Positions 15,392 through 26,339 are shown, numbered from the stretch's first letter. The stretch: 64,000 bases of DNA from Bacteroidales bacterium (GCA_024402335.1 JAKSTZ010000001.1:23687-87686), one strand, 5' to 3'. The notes: generated by a model not told the origin, from the sequence alone. Translations and numbers: made by a program.

Positions 15392-18126
15392 TAGTTTTGG
15401 AGTATAAATTGTTTTGTTGTTTTTCCGTTAGATACCGACAATAAAGAGAATGCCGACATATTCTTTATAGGAAATACGCACGTTTCCGGCGAAATAGTAT
15501 ATCGATCCACGATTTTTCCATCAAACGAAACCGCTGTAACTACTAAGGACGAATGATTACTTGGAATTTGTAAATAATACATATCGTTTTGCTTGCACAA
15601 GCGTATCTCATCCAAGCTGTTTTCTTCTATTCCTACAGGATTTGTTGTATCTATAGGCTGTTCCGGACGAAGGTTATATTTTTGTTGGAAACGAAGCGCT
15701 TGTTCATACAATTGTTCCTTGGAATCTGCAGCAAGCAATGCGAAACGAACAACCGCATAATCGTATGGTGCTATACTATCTATGATTTCGTATTGAAATG
15801 CAGCTATTTCGGCACCAGAATATGATGTTCCTGCAGTTGTTTGTTGATGTGTTAGCGCATACCATAATTCATTTGAAGTAAAACCATCATCATAATACAG
15901 CACATCATCAGCTACATTAAAGGCATACATTCCATTTTTATTTGTGTCAAGTGGCATATAGCCGACATAATACGAACGAGGATCCACACTACAAACAACT
16001 GTAAGCTGAAGACTATCAACATACCAAATCTTATTGTAGGAAGAATTCAAAATATCCCAATCGATGAAATTTCCGAAACGTAAATTATTTAGAACGGTAT
16101 CTCTATTATTACGTATTCTATATTCATAAACCAACGCCGACGTATCTTCCCAACCATAGATATATTGTGAAATATCTATATTTTCTACAGAAAAATCAGA
16201 ATAAATCAAAGCATCGCAACTATCAGCATCGTACATTGTTGGAAATGTACCAAAGTCAAAATCTCTATGCCAATATGAACTAGAATATACTGTTGATTGA
16301 TTTTCCGCCAAGACTAATCCAGCCTGGTAGATACAATTGCCGTTATTGTTATAGTTAAAGCCATTCTGATTTGCAAAAACAGAATACACCCCTATACTAC
16401 CATCACGAGTTGCAGTCGATTGAATTTGTCCCAATTCAAAATCAAAATAATCTGTGTTTAACTGTACAGGAACATATTCAAAACTTCTATAGCCATTGTC
16501 TGCTGTATATACAAACTTACAGTAAGTATCTATTCCGACCAATGGTTCCGCCGCTGAACGGAAAATAAAAGTTAACGTCTTTTCCTCATCTGCCTTAAAC
16601 GAGCTACAATCTACAGAAGCTACATCATCCAACAAAAAGTCTTCAAGATGAGCAGTTACCGATAAATTTACCGCATCGTGTAAATAATTTTTAAACGTTA
16701 CATCAACTATCACCGAATCGTCATCGTAGATATGCGAATTACGCATAGCAAAAGACTTTACACGAATACTTGGGAGTGTTGTATTTGTTAGAGCTTTATA
16801 CAGATTTAAGCGGCCATTTCCCAACAAATCCGTATATTTTTCCTCATTCATTTCATAGATGTCATCGGCCGTAACACGCAATAGTTCACCAACTTGTATT
16901 GCGGAGTAGTTAGGGTATTTGCTGCGTACCAAAGCAGCAGCACCAGAAACTATCGGTGTTGAGAACGACGTTCCTCCACCCGACATTGCTATTGTCTTGT
17001 CATTATTGGCAATAGAATAAAATCCTTTTGCTGGAGCACAAATATCCACAAATCGATTATAATGACTACCCTTTTTACTTGATTCTGCCCAAACAAAATC
17101 ACCTGCAACCGTGCCTCCAACACTCAACACATTGTCGTACGATGCTGGATAATACATATCCATCACAGCAGAGTTTCCTGCCGCAGCAACTATCAATGCA
17201 TCGCAGTTTTTTGTGGCATAATTCACAATATCTTGCCCATACTTCGTACCTGTGTCATCTCCCCATGAGCAATTAATCACCTTGCAACCCATATTGGCAG
17301 CATATACTATCGCATCATAGCCATTGGTAACCGATGCAGATCCATCTTTACAAACTTTTATAGGAAGAAACTTTGTCTTATATCCCACTCCTGCTGTTCC
17401 AAATGCATTATTTACCTCTGCACTTGCAATACCAGCAACATAGGTTCCGTGCTCCGTTGCCAAAGTGCTCGTTGGATTATTATCGCCATCTGCCATATCC
17501 CAACCACGATAATTGTCCACGTAACCATCACCATCATTATCAATGCCATCGATCGGATCTTTGGTATTGTAAGCTATTTTATTTATTAAATCGGAATGGA
17601 TGATATCTATTCCACCATCCAAAATTCCAATCACAACAGTGCTATCACCTTGTTCCACATCCCAGGCGTCTAAAACCTTACAAGTATTTAAATGCCAAAG
17701 ATTTCCCTTTCCATATTCCGTATCATCCGGGACAAACAACAACTCGCTTATGTATGAAGGTTCTGCATAGACAATACATTCCATCGCATTCAAAGTTGAT
17801 AAAACCTTTTCAAAAGGAATTTCGCCATGATATTCACATTCATAAATAGAACGTAAATCAACACAATCTTCACAATTAGCAGGAAAGATTTGCGTCATAA
17901 ATTTCTGACGGATATTAGTGGCACCAATTGCTTCCAAATACGAATGTGCAGGAGTTCCGTCAGACATGACATCTTGCACAGAAGCAGATTTCAATGTATT
18001 AGACGCATATTTAAAGATAATTTTCCCGTCAACTATCTTTTTCCCATGATAGTAGCCAACAGTTTGTGCAAGCATTGAGACACTGCACAAAACCGACAGA
18101 ACAACAGCTACAATAAACTTTCTCAT
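15391..18126 (-). CDS. S8 family (subtilisin-like) serine peptidase with probable T9SS C-terminal sorting domain
   Basis: 911 aa with a signal peptide. Catalytic triad contexts are VIGILDGG (Asp), HGTYVAGIA (His) and GGGTSFSTPIVSGAAAL (Ser). The last ~70 aa have a Por/T9SS CTD-like pattern (VVTAVSFDGKIV...LLSVSNGKTTKQFILQN). Confidence 0.85.
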   Translation of the reverse strand: MRKFIVAVVLSVLCSVSMLAQTVGYYHGKKIVDGKIIFKYASNTLKSASVQDVMSDGTPAHSYLEAIGATNIRQKFMTQIFPANCEDCVDLRSIYECEYHGEIPFEKVLSTLNAMECIVYAEPSYISELLFVPDDTEYGKGNLWHLNTCKVLDAWDVEQGDSTVVIGILDGGIDIIHSDLINKIAYNTKDPIDGIDNDGDGYVDNYRGWDMADGDNNPTSTLATEHGTYVAGIASAEVNNAFGTAGVGYKTKFLPIKVCKDGSASVTNGYDAIVYAANMGCKVINCSWGDDTGTKYGQDIVNYATKNCDALIVAAAGNSAVMDMYYPASYDNVLSVGGTVAGDFVWAESSKKGSHYNRFVDICAPAKGFYSIANNDKTIAMSGGGTSFSTPIVSGAAALVRSKYPNYSAIQVGELLRVTADDIYEMNEEKYTDLLGNGRLNLYKALTNTTLPSIRVKSFAMRNSHIYDDDSVIVDVTFKNYLHDAVNLSVTAHLEDFLLDDVASVDCSSFKADEEKTLTFIFRSAAEPLVGIDTYCKFVYTADNGYRSFEYVPVQLNTDYFDFELGQIQSTATRDGSIGVYSVFANQNGFNYNNNGNCIYQAGLVLAENQSTVYSSSYWHRDFDFGTFPTMYDADSCDALIYSDFSVENIDISQYIYGWEDTSALVYEYRIRNNRDTVLNNLRFGNFIDWDILNSSYNKIWYVDSLQLTVVCSVDPRSYYVGYMPLDTNKNGMYAFNVADDVLYYDDGFTSNELWYALTHQQTTAGTSYSGAEIAAFQYEIIDSIAPYDYAVVRFALLAADSKEQLYEQALRFQQKYNLRPEQPIDTTNPVGIEENSLDEIRLCKQNDMYYLQIPSNHSSLVVTAVSFDGKIVDRYTISPETCVFPIKNMSAFSLLSVSNGKTTKQFILQN

Positions 18127-18878
18127 AAGAACGATTTCTTTATTCGTTGCGTTAATTCCGAGGCAAATATCAAATCATTAACCTCTTTATTATCGGTTTT
18201 CCAAATTTCTTCTTTGGTACCTTCCCACCATTTCTCGCCTTTGTAGATAAATACTATCTTATCGGCAATTTCCATCACCGAGTTCATATCGTGCGTATTC
18301 ACAATTGCCGTGATATTATATTCCTGTGCAATACCCTGTATCAACTCATCAATCACAATAGAAGTAATCGGATCAAGTCCAGAGTTCGGCTCATCACAAA
18401 GTAAATATTTAGGATTCAATGCAATTGCACGGGCAATAGCCACACGTTTCTGCATACCACCACTAATTTCGGCCGGGTACAAATTATTTTTATTTATTAC
18501 CTCAACACGTTTCAGACAGAAATTCGCACGTTCACGACATTCTTCTTCGCTCATACCAGAAAACATGCGAAGCGGAAACATTACATTATCTTCCAATGTT
18601 TCAGAGTCGAACAAAGCACCACTTTGGAATACCATCCCAATTTCTTTACGGATTTCCTTGCGTTGCTTATCGTTCATAGCTGTGTAATTTCGACCATGGA
18701 ACAAGATTTGTCCTTCATCAACCTCGTGAAGTCCTACAATAGACTTCATAAGCACTGTTTTACCCGAACCACTTCGACCAATAATACAGTTAACCTTTCC
18801 CTCCTCAAAAACAGTAGAGACATTTTTCAGGATTTGCACATCCTTAAATGACTTCGAAACATTTTGTACTTCAATCAT
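18123..18878 (-). CDS. ABC transporter ATP-binding protein, MlaF-like
   Basis: 251 aa. Walker A GRSGSGKT, signature ISGGMQKRVAIARA, Walker B LLCDEP. Follows an MlaE-like permease gene. Confidence 0.85.
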   Translation of the reverse strand: MIEVQNVSKSFKDVQILKNVSTVFEEGKVNCIIGRSGSGKTVLMKSIVGLHEVDEGQILFHGRNYTAMNDKQRKEIRKEIGMVFQSGALFDSETLEDNVMFPLRMFSGMSEEECRERANFCLKRVEVINKNNLYPAEISGGMQKRVAIARAIALNPKYLLCDEPNSGLDPITSIVIDELIQGIAQEYNITAIVNTHDMNSVMEIADKIVFIYKGEKWWEGTKEEIWKTDNKEVNDLIFASELTQRIKKSFL

Positions 18879-18880
18879 AA

Positions 18881-19615
18881 CTATAAAATTGCGGTAAGTG
18901 AAAGATCAAACAATAAAACTGCTACACTACTAACAACTACGGCCTGCGTACTATTTTGTCCAACTTGCAACGAACCACCGTTTGCATAGTAGCCATAATA
19001 AGATGAAATTGAGGTAATTAGTATACCAAACAAAAACATTTTAATATTTGAAAACACCACATAAAATGGTTGGAAAAGATATTGCAAACCTGTAATATAC
19101 TGCATAGAAGGAACAACTCCGGTAACATCACCAACAATCCAACCACCTGCAATACCGAGAATCATACTGATACAGCAAAGGAACGGAAACGTAATAGCAC
19201 CCGCAGTTACTTTAGGAAGGATAAGGTAGTTTGCCGAATTAATACCCATAATATCAAGAGCATCAATCTGCTGCGTAATACGCATAGTACCTATTTCCGA
19301 TGCAATACTCGAGCCGACCTTTCCTGCCAAAATCAATGCAATTACCGAAGAAGAAAATTCCAAGATAATCGTATCACGAGTACCAAGTCCCACAAGATAC
19401 TGAGGGAGTATAGGATTCTCCATATTCATGGCCAATTCCAATGCCATTACTCCACCCATAAAAAACGAAATTATCGACACTATACCGATAGAATCATAAC
19501 CTACCGATACTATTTCCTTGCCGACATTTCTCCAGAACATACGTTTTTGGTCGGGAAAGCCTATCGCTTTCTTCATAAGCAACATATACCGACCTATATG
19601 ATAGAAAAGATTCAT
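18881..19615 (-). CDS. ABC transporter permease, MlaE-like
   Basis: 244 aa, multi-TM, with typical MlaE length and position directly upstream of the MlaF-like ATPase. The promoter motif TAaaTTTG on the minus strand lies at 19667-19674. Confidence 0.75.
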   Translation of the reverse strand: MNLFYHIGRYMLLMKKAIGFPDQKRMFWRNVGKEIVSVGYDSIGIVSIISFFMGGVMALELAMNMENPILPQYLVGLGTRDTIILEFSSSVIALILAGKVGSSIASEIGTMRITQQIDALDIMGINSANYLILPKVTAGAITFPFLCCISMILGIAGGWIVGDVTGVVPSMQYITGLQYLFQPFYVVFSNIKMFLFGILITSISSYYGYYANGGSLQVGQNSTQAVVVSSVAVLLFDLSLTAIL

Positions 19616-19666
19616 TCATTAAATTTTATCGCATAAAAATAGTAAATTTTGCGGAAAGAGTAATGA

Positions 19667-19674
19667 CAAATTTA
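19667..19674 (-). promoter_or_regulatory. TAnnTTTG promoter motif for the mlaE-like operon
   Basis: The plus strand reads caaattta, which is TAaaTTTG on the minus strand, 51 nt upstream of the start at 19615. Confidence 0.4.
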
Positions 19675-19705
19675 AAGATGAACTAAGAATACTTCTTTCA
19701 AGAAT

Positions 19706-20332
19706 CTATCCTACCAACATAGCAACTCCACCTGTTGCTAAAAATCCGACAGCATAGCCCGCATAAACCTGTGCCGGCGTATGTGCATTTAAGTATAAAC
19801 GTGATGTCCCAACCAGGCCAGCAATTATTACAAGAAATGGGAACAAAATAGAGAAAATAGTTGTTCCTTGCATGTGCAGCATCATTTCTAAGAAAAAACC
19901 TAACAAGCCACCCATTCCTATTGTATGCAAGCTAATTTTCCAGAAAAAAGTGATAATCTCAGCCACTAAAATCACAAACGTGCAACCGAGCAAATATGGA
20001 GTATAATACATTCCCAATGAATTGTTGAACAAACTTACTGTATATACAGCCAACACAATACTCAATAATGTCACCCTGTGAATTTTTTCATACGGATTTT
20101 CCCGCATGAAGAACAGATAGTAGATACCACAAATCAACAATGGCAACACATAAAACAACAGAAATATTGGTAACGTTTGTGTTAGGAACAACATTGACGC
20201 CAAAGTTTCCTGTACGCCAATCAACGACGAATACAACGAAAAGCTAAGCAATACACAACCGAACACAGTCATTCCTAGTGGATGAAACACCACTGAAACT
20301 ATCCATGCACAAATTGTAAGGACTTTTTTCAT
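19706..20332 (-). CDS. membrane protein, PAP2-like phosphatase superfamily (tentative)
   Basis: ORF-track 19706..20371 trimmed to ATG 20332 (MKKVLTICAW...), 1 nt after the rpoN stop. Polytopic. KISLHT and TSRLYLNAHTPAQV resemble PAP2 motifs 2 and 3 (SxH, SRxxxxxH). Confidence 0.5.
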   Translation of the reverse strand: MKKVLTICAWIVSVVFHPLGMTVFGCVLLSFSLYSSLIGVQETLASMLFLTQTLPIFLLFYVLPLLICGIYYLFFMRENPYEKIHRVTLLSIVLAVYTVSLFNNSLGMYYTPYLLGCTFVILVAEIITFFWKISLHTIGMGGLLGFFLEMMLHMQGTTIFSILFPFLVIIAGLVGTSRLYLNAHTPAQVYAGYAVGFLATGGVAMLVG

Positions 20333-20333
20333 G

Positions 20334-21839
20334 CTATAATTCTTTTCGCATACGACCAACTGGCAATCCAAGTTGCTCGCGATATTTTGCCACAGTACGA
20401 CGTGCTATGTTATAGCCTTTTTCGGCCAAAACCGCAGCCAATTGTTCGTCTGTCAATGGTTTTTTCTTGTCTTCCTCGTCTATTGTTTGTTGCAAAATAG
20501 CCTTAATTTCACGTGAAGACACTTCTTCGCCGGCTTCGTTAGTTAGTGCTTCAGAGAAGAAATACTTCAAAGGATACATGCCGTATGGCGTTTGAATATA
20601 TTTACTATTTGCAACACGAGAAATTGTTGATATATCCAAGCCAGTTTGTTCAGCTATGTCTTTCAATATCATAGGTTTCAGTTTTGTCTCATCTCCGGAC
20701 ACAAAGAAATCTCGTTGATATTCAAAGATTACATTCATAGTAGAAAGCAAGGTGTTGTTTCGTTGTTTTAGCGCATCAATAAACCATTTAGCAGAATCAA
20801 GTTTTTGCTTCACGAAATCGAACGCTTCTTTTTGATTTTTGTTGGCGTTTTGTGTCGTTTTATACGTTTGCAACATTTCCGTATATGTACGACTTATTTT
20901 CAAAGTTGGTTCATTACGGGCACTTAACGAAAGTATCATTTCACCATCTTGATTTTCAAGCACAAAATCAGGATAGATACTTTGTGTGATTGATTTCGCG
21001 TACGAATCTGCCGTGCCATTTCCTGGTTTTGGATTTAACTTAATGATGACATCGATTGCCGCTTTCAAATCCGCCTCTTCTATTTCAAGTGCCTGACGAA
21101 TTTTATCGTAATGTTTTTTCGTAAATTCTTCGTAGAAGTCCTGTAAGATAGCTTTTGCCGTCACCGTTTCAGCTGTTTTCTGCTTGCGTTCCAACTGCAA
21201 CACCAAACATTCTTGTAGGGATGTCGCTCCTATACCGGCAGGATCCAAAGTCTGAATCGCAGACAATATTTTTTGTAATTCTTCAACCGAAACGGACTTG
21301 TTTTGCAACAATAAAATATCATCTGAAATACTTTCCAAATCGCGACGAAGATAGCCGTCTTCGTCAATATTACCGATAACAAACTTTGCAAGGGCGAGTT
21401 CATCCTCGTTTAAGTCAAGCATTCCTAATTGAGAAAGAAGATTTTCTTGGAAAGAACTTCCACCAGCAAATGGAATATCTTTATTATCCTGATCTGGAGA
21501 ATTGTTATTGGTAGAATACTTATAGTTAGAATATTCGTCTTCGTTAAAATAATCGTCTATATCGAATTCGTCGTTTTTGTCTGTTTCCTTAACCTCATCA
21601 TCGGAGCGTTCTTCATCATCTGAGTCCGAGCCAGACATATCGTTATCATCGTATCGTTCTTGCTCGTCATCTGCATCATCATTGTCGTCAACTTCAAGTG
21701 CAGGATTTTCCTCTATTTCCTCCTTAATACGAGTTTCGAGTTCCATAGTAGGAATTTCAAGCATTTTAATGACTTGAATCTGCTGTGGAGATAGCTTTTG
21801 TTGCTGTTTTTGTAAAAGTTTCTGATCGAGCATAGCCAA
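20334..21839 (-). CDS. rpoN: RNA polymerase sigma-54 factor
   Basis: 501 aa. Gln-rich region I (LLQKQQQKLSPQQIQ), an acidic linker, and the C-terminal RpoN box ARRTVAKYRE. Confidence 0.95.
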   Translation of the reverse strand: MAMLDQKLLQKQQQKLSPQQIQVIKMLEIPTMELETRIKEEIEENPALEVDDNDDADDEQERYDDNDMSGSDSDDEERSDDEVKETDKNDEFDIDDYFNEDEYSNYKYSTNNNSPDQDNKDIPFAGGSSFQENLLSQLGMLDLNEDELALAKFVIGNIDEDGYLRRDLESISDDILLLQNKSVSVEELQKILSAIQTLDPAGIGATSLQECLVLQLERKQKTAETVTAKAILQDFYEEFTKKHYDKIRQALEIEEADLKAAIDVIIKLNPKPGNGTADSYAKSITQSIYPDFVLENQDGEMILSLSARNEPTLKISRTYTEMLQTYKTTQNANKNQKEAFDFVKQKLDSAKWFIDALKQRNNTLLSTMNVIFEYQRDFFVSGDETKLKPMILKDIAEQTGLDISTISRVANSKYIQTPYGMYPLKYFFSEALTNEAGEEVSSREIKAILQQTIDEEDKKKPLTDEQLAAVLAEKGYNIARRTVAKYREQLGLPVGRMRKEL

Positions 21840-21880
21840 CGATTATTGAAATATGTTTCAAATATACTAATTATCGCACT

Positions 21881-21916
21881 AAAAACAAAAAAGGCGAAAC
21901 CTTTCGATTTCGCCTT
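21881..21916 (-). terminator. intrinsic terminator after paaK
   Basis: On the minus strand, aaggcgaaa-tcgaaagg-tttcgcctt is followed by ttttgttttt. Lies 19 nt downstream of the paaK stop. Confidence 0.75.
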
Positions 21917-21934
21917 ACAAAATTCGCAAACCAA

Positions 21935-23233
21935 TTATTGTAATTTACGTTTATCAAGCACATGTTTTGCTTTACCCATTGAGCGTTCAATGCTATTTGG
22001 AGCAACAATATGTAAATCAGGTTTGATTCCAATAACACTAATAAGACGTGCAGCAAGCGCAGCTTTGTATTTTTCCGTTTCTGCACTATTTTCACTGTAG
22101 AATTCTTCACGAAGTTCCACATCTATTTGGAACGTATCCACATTGTTAATACGATCAACAGTGATAAAATACTGACCTTGGAATTCTGGAATTTCAAGAA
22201 TGACACTTTCTACTTGAGAAGGGAACACATTCACACCACGAATAATCAACATATCATCACTACGGCCAAGAATACGTCCCATGCGAACCATTGTACGGCC
22301 ACATTTACATTTTGTATAATTCAAGTGTGTCAAATCGCGTGTACGATAACGTAACATCGGCATTCCCCATTTATCAAGTGTTGTGAAAACCAATTCACCT
22401 TCTTGTCCTTCTGGAAGTGGCTGTAATGTCACAGGATCGATGATTTCTGGGAAAAACATATCTTCCCAAAGGTGTGTTCCATCTTGACATTCGCACTCTC
22501 CACCAACACCAGGTCCACTAATTTCAGTCAAGCCATAAATATCGTATGCCTTAATCCCAAGCTTGTCTTCAAGTTCTTTACGCATATTTTCAGTCCAAGG
22601 TTCTGCACCAAATGCACCGAATTTTAATTTAAGTTTATCTTTTACACCAAGCTTTTCAATTTCCTCAGCCAAAAACAATGCATACGAAGGCGTACAGCAA
22701 AGACCTGTAGAACCTATATCTTCCATCAACATGATTTGTTTTGCCGTATTACCAGCCGATGTTGGCAAAACAGCAGCGCCAAGTTTTGTGGCACCATCGT
22801 GAGCACCCAAACCACCAGTAAACAAACCATAACCGTAAGAAACTTGAATTGTGTCTTCGTCAGAAGCACCAAAGGCTGCCAAACAACGAGCAGTTCCTTC
22901 TGCCCAGTTTTCTACATCGTGAGCAGTATAACCTGCTACAATAGGTTTACCAGTTGTTCCACTTGAAGCATGGAAGCGAACAATATCTTTACGAGGAACG
23001 GCAAATAATTTATCTGGATAATTCTCACGCAAGTCTGTTTTCACAGTAAATGGTAATTTTACTATGTCATCAATAGATTTGATATCTTCTGGTTTCACGC
23101 CAAGTTCGTCCATTTTCTTTTTATAAAATGGCACATTATCATAGGCATGTTTCACGATTTTAACTAGTCGCTCGCTTTGCAATTTGCGAAGGTCTTCACG
23201 ACTCATACATTCTTTTTCAGGATTAAAAATCAT
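21935..23233 (-). CDS. paaK: phenylacetate-CoA ligase
   Basis: ORF-track start 23260 trimmed to ATG 23233 (MIFNPEKECMSREDL), 1 nt after the iorB stop. AMP-binding motif SSGTTGKP. PaaK-type length (432 aa). Confidence 0.88.
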   Translation of the reverse strand: MIFNPEKECMSREDLRKLQSERLVKIVKHAYDNVPFYKKKMDELGVKPEDIKSIDDIVKLPFTVKTDLRENYPDKLFAVPRKDIVRFHASSGTTGKPIVAGYTAHDVENWAEGTARCLAAFGASDEDTIQVSYGYGLFTGGLGAHDGATKLGAAVLPTSAGNTAKQIMLMEDIGSTGLCCTPSYALFLAEEIEKLGVKDKLKLKFGAFGAEPWTENMRKELEDKLGIKAYDIYGLTEISGPGVGGECECQDGTHLWEDMFFPEIIDPVTLQPLPEGQEGELVFTTLDKWGMPMLRYRTRDLTHLNYTKCKCGRTMVRMGRILGRSDDMLIIRGVNVFPSQVESVILEIPEFQGQYFITVDRINNVDTFQIDVELREEFYSENSAETEKYKAALAARLISVIGIKPDLHIVAPNSIERSMGKAKHVLDKRKLQ

Positions 23234-23234
23234 A

Positions 23235-23813
23235 TTATAAGTTTTTATTGTATTCAACACCAGTTTCGAAAGCCTTTACATTCATGGCAACAATTTCTTC
23301 ACCTTTTGCGGCGAACAATTCTTTCACGCTATCCTTCATCACATTTGAATCTATGCCGATTATTGGTGCAACAGCACCTGCAATAACGACATTCAAAGAA
23401 CGAGCGGACAAATTTTTAGCAATTTCTTCCGAATCTATTATTATATGCTTAAAGCCACTATTTTTTATTGCATCAATCACCTGATTTTCATCTGGATAAT
23501 TTGGAATATTTTTGAATGGAGCCGAAGCTGTAATAATAATTCCATCTTTTTGTAAATAAGGAAGATAGCGAAGTGCTTCAAGAGGTTCCATAGACAAAAT
23601 GATATCAGCCTTACCTTTTGGAATCAAATCCGAATAGATTTCTTCATCAGAAATACGAAGATTCGATTGCACATCACCGCCACGTTGACTCATTCCGTGT
23701 ACCTCAGCTTGTTTCACATTCAAACCAGAATGCATAGCCGCAAGGTCAATAATTGAGGCAATAGTCAATATTCCTTGACCGCCTACGCCCGAAAGTATTA
23801 TATTCTTAATCAT
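23235..23813 (-). CDS. iorB: indolepyruvate ferredoxin oxidoreductase, beta subunit
   Basis: 192 aa. The 2-oxoacid:ferredoxin oxidoreductase gamma-like opening GVGGQGILT is present. Overlaps the iorA 3' end by 8 nt. Confidence 0.85.
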   Translation of the reverse strand: MIKNIILSGVGGQGILTIASIIDLAAMHSGLNVKQAEVHGMSQRGGDVQSNLRISDEEIYSDLIPKGKADIILSMEPLEALRYLPYLQKDGIIITASAPFKNIPNYPDENQVIDAIKNSGFKHIIIDSEEIAKNLSARSLNVVIAGAVAPIIGIDSNVMKDSVKELFAAKGEEIVAMNVKAFETGVEYNKNL

Positions 23814-25401
23814 TTGCTTTTTTCTTTTTGTTTCTCATTGCAGTTTGTACGCATTCTCTTTGAGCAAGAATGACAGACACACCGTCATAATTAATTTCTT
23901 CTGTAAGTATCTGCACATTTTCGTCCAAATGTGATTTTAAAGGCAAAATTGTGCGAATATGTTTCTCGTCAACGCCAAGTCCTTTACAGATAAGATGAAG
24001 TTTGTTCGTTCCCGCAGAATCCTGTCCACCTGTCATGGCTGTTGTCGAGTTATCGGAAATAATCACCGTCATTTTTGTATTTTCGTTTACTGCATCCAAC
24101 AAACCTGTCATACCAGAATGTGTAAATGTAGAATCACCAATAATTGCAACGGCAGGATGTAAACCTGCATCGGCAGCACCTTTCGCCATCGTAATCGATG
24201 CTCCCATATCTATACATGCAGTAACAGCTTCAAAAGGTTTTAATGCGCCAAGAGTGTAGCAGCCAATATCGCCGAACACGTGTCTGTCTGGGAATGTGGC
24301 CATAACTTTATTTAATGCTTCATACGTATCGCGGTGACTACAGCCATTGCATAATGCAGGCGGACGATTTACCATAAATGTAGGCATTTCTGCAGTTTTA
24401 ATTGGTTCAACGCCAAGAGCTGTTGCCATAACATCAGGATTCAATTCGCCGACACGATTCAGAACGCCGTCAAGTTTTCCTTTTATCTTGCTATTGTTAG
24501 AGAAACCACGAAGATATTCTTCCACAATAGGATACCCCTCTTCTGCAACAAGAATCTCATCATATTTTTCAAGAAATTCAGCAATAGGTTTTGTTGGCAA
24601 TGGATATTGCGAAATCTTCAAAACAGGAAAATCCATATTATTATTTTGACGTACTTCCATTACATAATTGTATGCAAGCCCGCAAGCAATAACAGCTTTT
24701 TTACCTGTTCCTTCCACAACTTTCAAGAATGGAGATTTCTCCGAAATTGCAGTCAATTCATCTTGTTTTTCAACTAATGCCTTGTATTGTTTCTTGGCGA
24801 ATCCCGGTAATGTAACCCAACGTTGTGGTTCCAATTTCGCATTCAAAGCATTTTGATCATGTGATTTTCTGTTCTTTATAACGGAACGAGAGTGAGAAAG
24901 TCTTGTTGTTACACGAAGAATTACAGGTAAACGTAATTGTTCAGACAAATCTAAGCCATAATGCACACAATCGTATGCTTCTTGTTGAGTTGAAGGTTCC
25001 AACAATGGAAGTAACGCAAATTTGCCATACATACGGCTATCTTGTTCATTCTGAGAAGAATGCTGCGACGGATCGTCTGCAACTACCAACACCAAACCTC
25101 CATTTACACCCGAAATTGCCGAGTTCATAAACGGATCGGCGCATGCGTTCAATCCGACGTGTTTCATGCACACGATTGAACGTTTTCCAGCATACGACAT
25201 CCCTAAAGCCGCTTCATACGCTGTTTTTTCATTGCACGCCCATTTTGAACGTATTTGTTTCTCTTTAGCGTCTTTTGATTTTTGTATAAATTCTGTAATT
25301 TCCGTTGATGGTGTTCCCGGATAGGCATATACTCCCGAGATTCCCGCATCAATCGCACCAAGAGCAATTGCTTCTGCTCCCAACAATAAAGATTCTTTCA
25401 T
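23806..25401 (-). CDS. iorA: indolepyruvate ferredoxin oxidoreductase, alpha subunit
   Basis: 531 aa. TPP-dependent oxidoreductase pattern (AYPGTPSTEI, GDIGCYTLG, a Cys cluster CNGCSHRD). Followed by iorB and paaK, as in known IOR loci. Confidence 0.88.
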   Translation of the reverse strand: MKESLLLGAEAIALGAIDAGISGVYAYPGTPSTEITEFIQKSKDAKEKQIRSKWACNEKTAYEAALGMSYAGKRSIVCMKHVGLNACADPFMNSAISGVNGGLVLVVADDPSQHSSQNEQDSRMYGKFALLPLLEPSTQQEAYDCVHYGLDLSEQLRLPVILRVTTRLSHSRSVIKNRKSHDQNALNAKLEPQRWVTLPGFAKKQYKALVEKQDELTAISEKSPFLKVVEGTGKKAVIACGLAYNYVMEVRQNNNMDFPVLKISQYPLPTKPIAEFLEKYDEILVAEEGYPIVEEYLRGFSNNSKIKGKLDGVLNRVGELNPDVMATALGVEPIKTAEMPTFMVNRPPALCNGCSHRDTYEALNKVMATFPDRHVFGDIGCYTLGALKPFEAVTACIDMGASITMAKGAADAGLHPAVAIIGDSTFTHSGMTGLLDAVNENTKMTVIISDNSTTAMTGGQDSAGTNKLHLICKGLGVDEKHIRTILPLKSHLDENVQILTEEINYDGVSVILAQRECVQTAMRNKKKKAND

Positions 25402-25465
25402 TATAATTTCTAATCAAATATTCTTTGTCATATAATTAGTTATTTCCAACATCCCGAACAGACAG

Positions 25466-26185
25466 TTATTTAACTTTTTTAGCTATTTCTTTTGCAACAC
25501 GTGGTAGATATTGGTCACAAATCTGATCCAAATCATTTACTTTTCCGGAAAAACTTGTAGTTGCAATGCCGCCATTTACATACTTTCCTAAAGAATTATA
25601 AATCACATAATGCACACGGATTGTACGTTGATATGAATTATCGGCAATAGTATAAGGATTCGAGAAATCTCCTAACAATTCAAATTGAGTTAAATACACA
25701 ACATATTGTGCCTGATAACTTTGTATCAAATCCGTAAATAATTGCGGATCATGTAATTTCACATTCAAAACCTTATTTCTGGTTTCGGTTCCTACACTCA
25801 TAATCTCACCAGCAATTATATTTTGATTTTGCACTGACGATTTTTTCGATGGTTTAACAATATTCTCATCAGCATCGTTGTCTGAAAAGAAATATGTTGC
25901 ATTTCCATGCACAATTTCCATATCTGTCGAGGCATCGGTAGTATATGAGCGTAGCAAACTTGCTACATTCAACGAATCTTTCAAAGCAGAATAAATATGC
26001 ATATCCAAGTCTGTACGAATTTTTTCTATGGATTTTTCATACGACACACCCGAATACTCACATATTTTTTGAGACTCCTGATTATTGTACATTTTAGCAT
26101 CGAACGGAACCACCAAAATATTTTTTTGGGCAAACAATGCAACCGAAAAAATACAAGCGAGATATAAACAAACTATTCGTTTCAT
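25466..26185 (-). CDS. hypothetical secreted protein
   Basis: 239 aa with signal peptide MKRIVCLYLACIFSVALFAQ. No motif recognised. Confidence 0.6.
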   Translation of the reverse strand: MKRIVCLYLACIFSVALFAQKNILVVPFDAKMYNNQESQKICEYSGVSYEKSIEKIRTDLDMHIYSALKDSLNVASLLRSYTTDASTDMEIVHGNATYFFSDNDADENIVKPSKKSSVQNQNIIAGEIMSVGTETRNKVLNVKLHDPQLFTDLIQSYQAQYVVYLTQFELLGDFSNPYTIADNSYQRTIRVHYVIYNSLGKYVNGGIATTSFSGKVNDLDQICDQYLPRVAKEIAKKVK

Positions 26186-26339
26186 TTTTTTGACTTCTAA
26201 AAATTTCGTTAAAAGTACAAAAAACTTGCAAACACACTGCTCATCACAGTAAAGTTTTCACGTTACTAGTCTTTTCTTTTGAGGATTTTTCGGTAATCAG
26301 CCTTTTCATTCGTTTTTATTTACTCAAATAATTATAGAA

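Noticed and set aside
14495-19615. Tightly packed co-directional chain mlaE-mlaF-S8 peptidase-hypothetical-recO (gaps of -1 to 11 nt) as a possible functional system
   Set aside because: Tight packing is common in this genome and the functions are unrelated. With no conservation data, I treat it as operon-style compaction rather than a system.
19070-19636. 188-aa plus-strand ORF (also 18310..18687 and 18624..18851)
   Set aside because: These are antisense to the MlaE-like and MlaF-like genes. Their basic, low-complexity translations (many R/N/T/H) are typical of shadow ORFs in AT-rich coding DNA.
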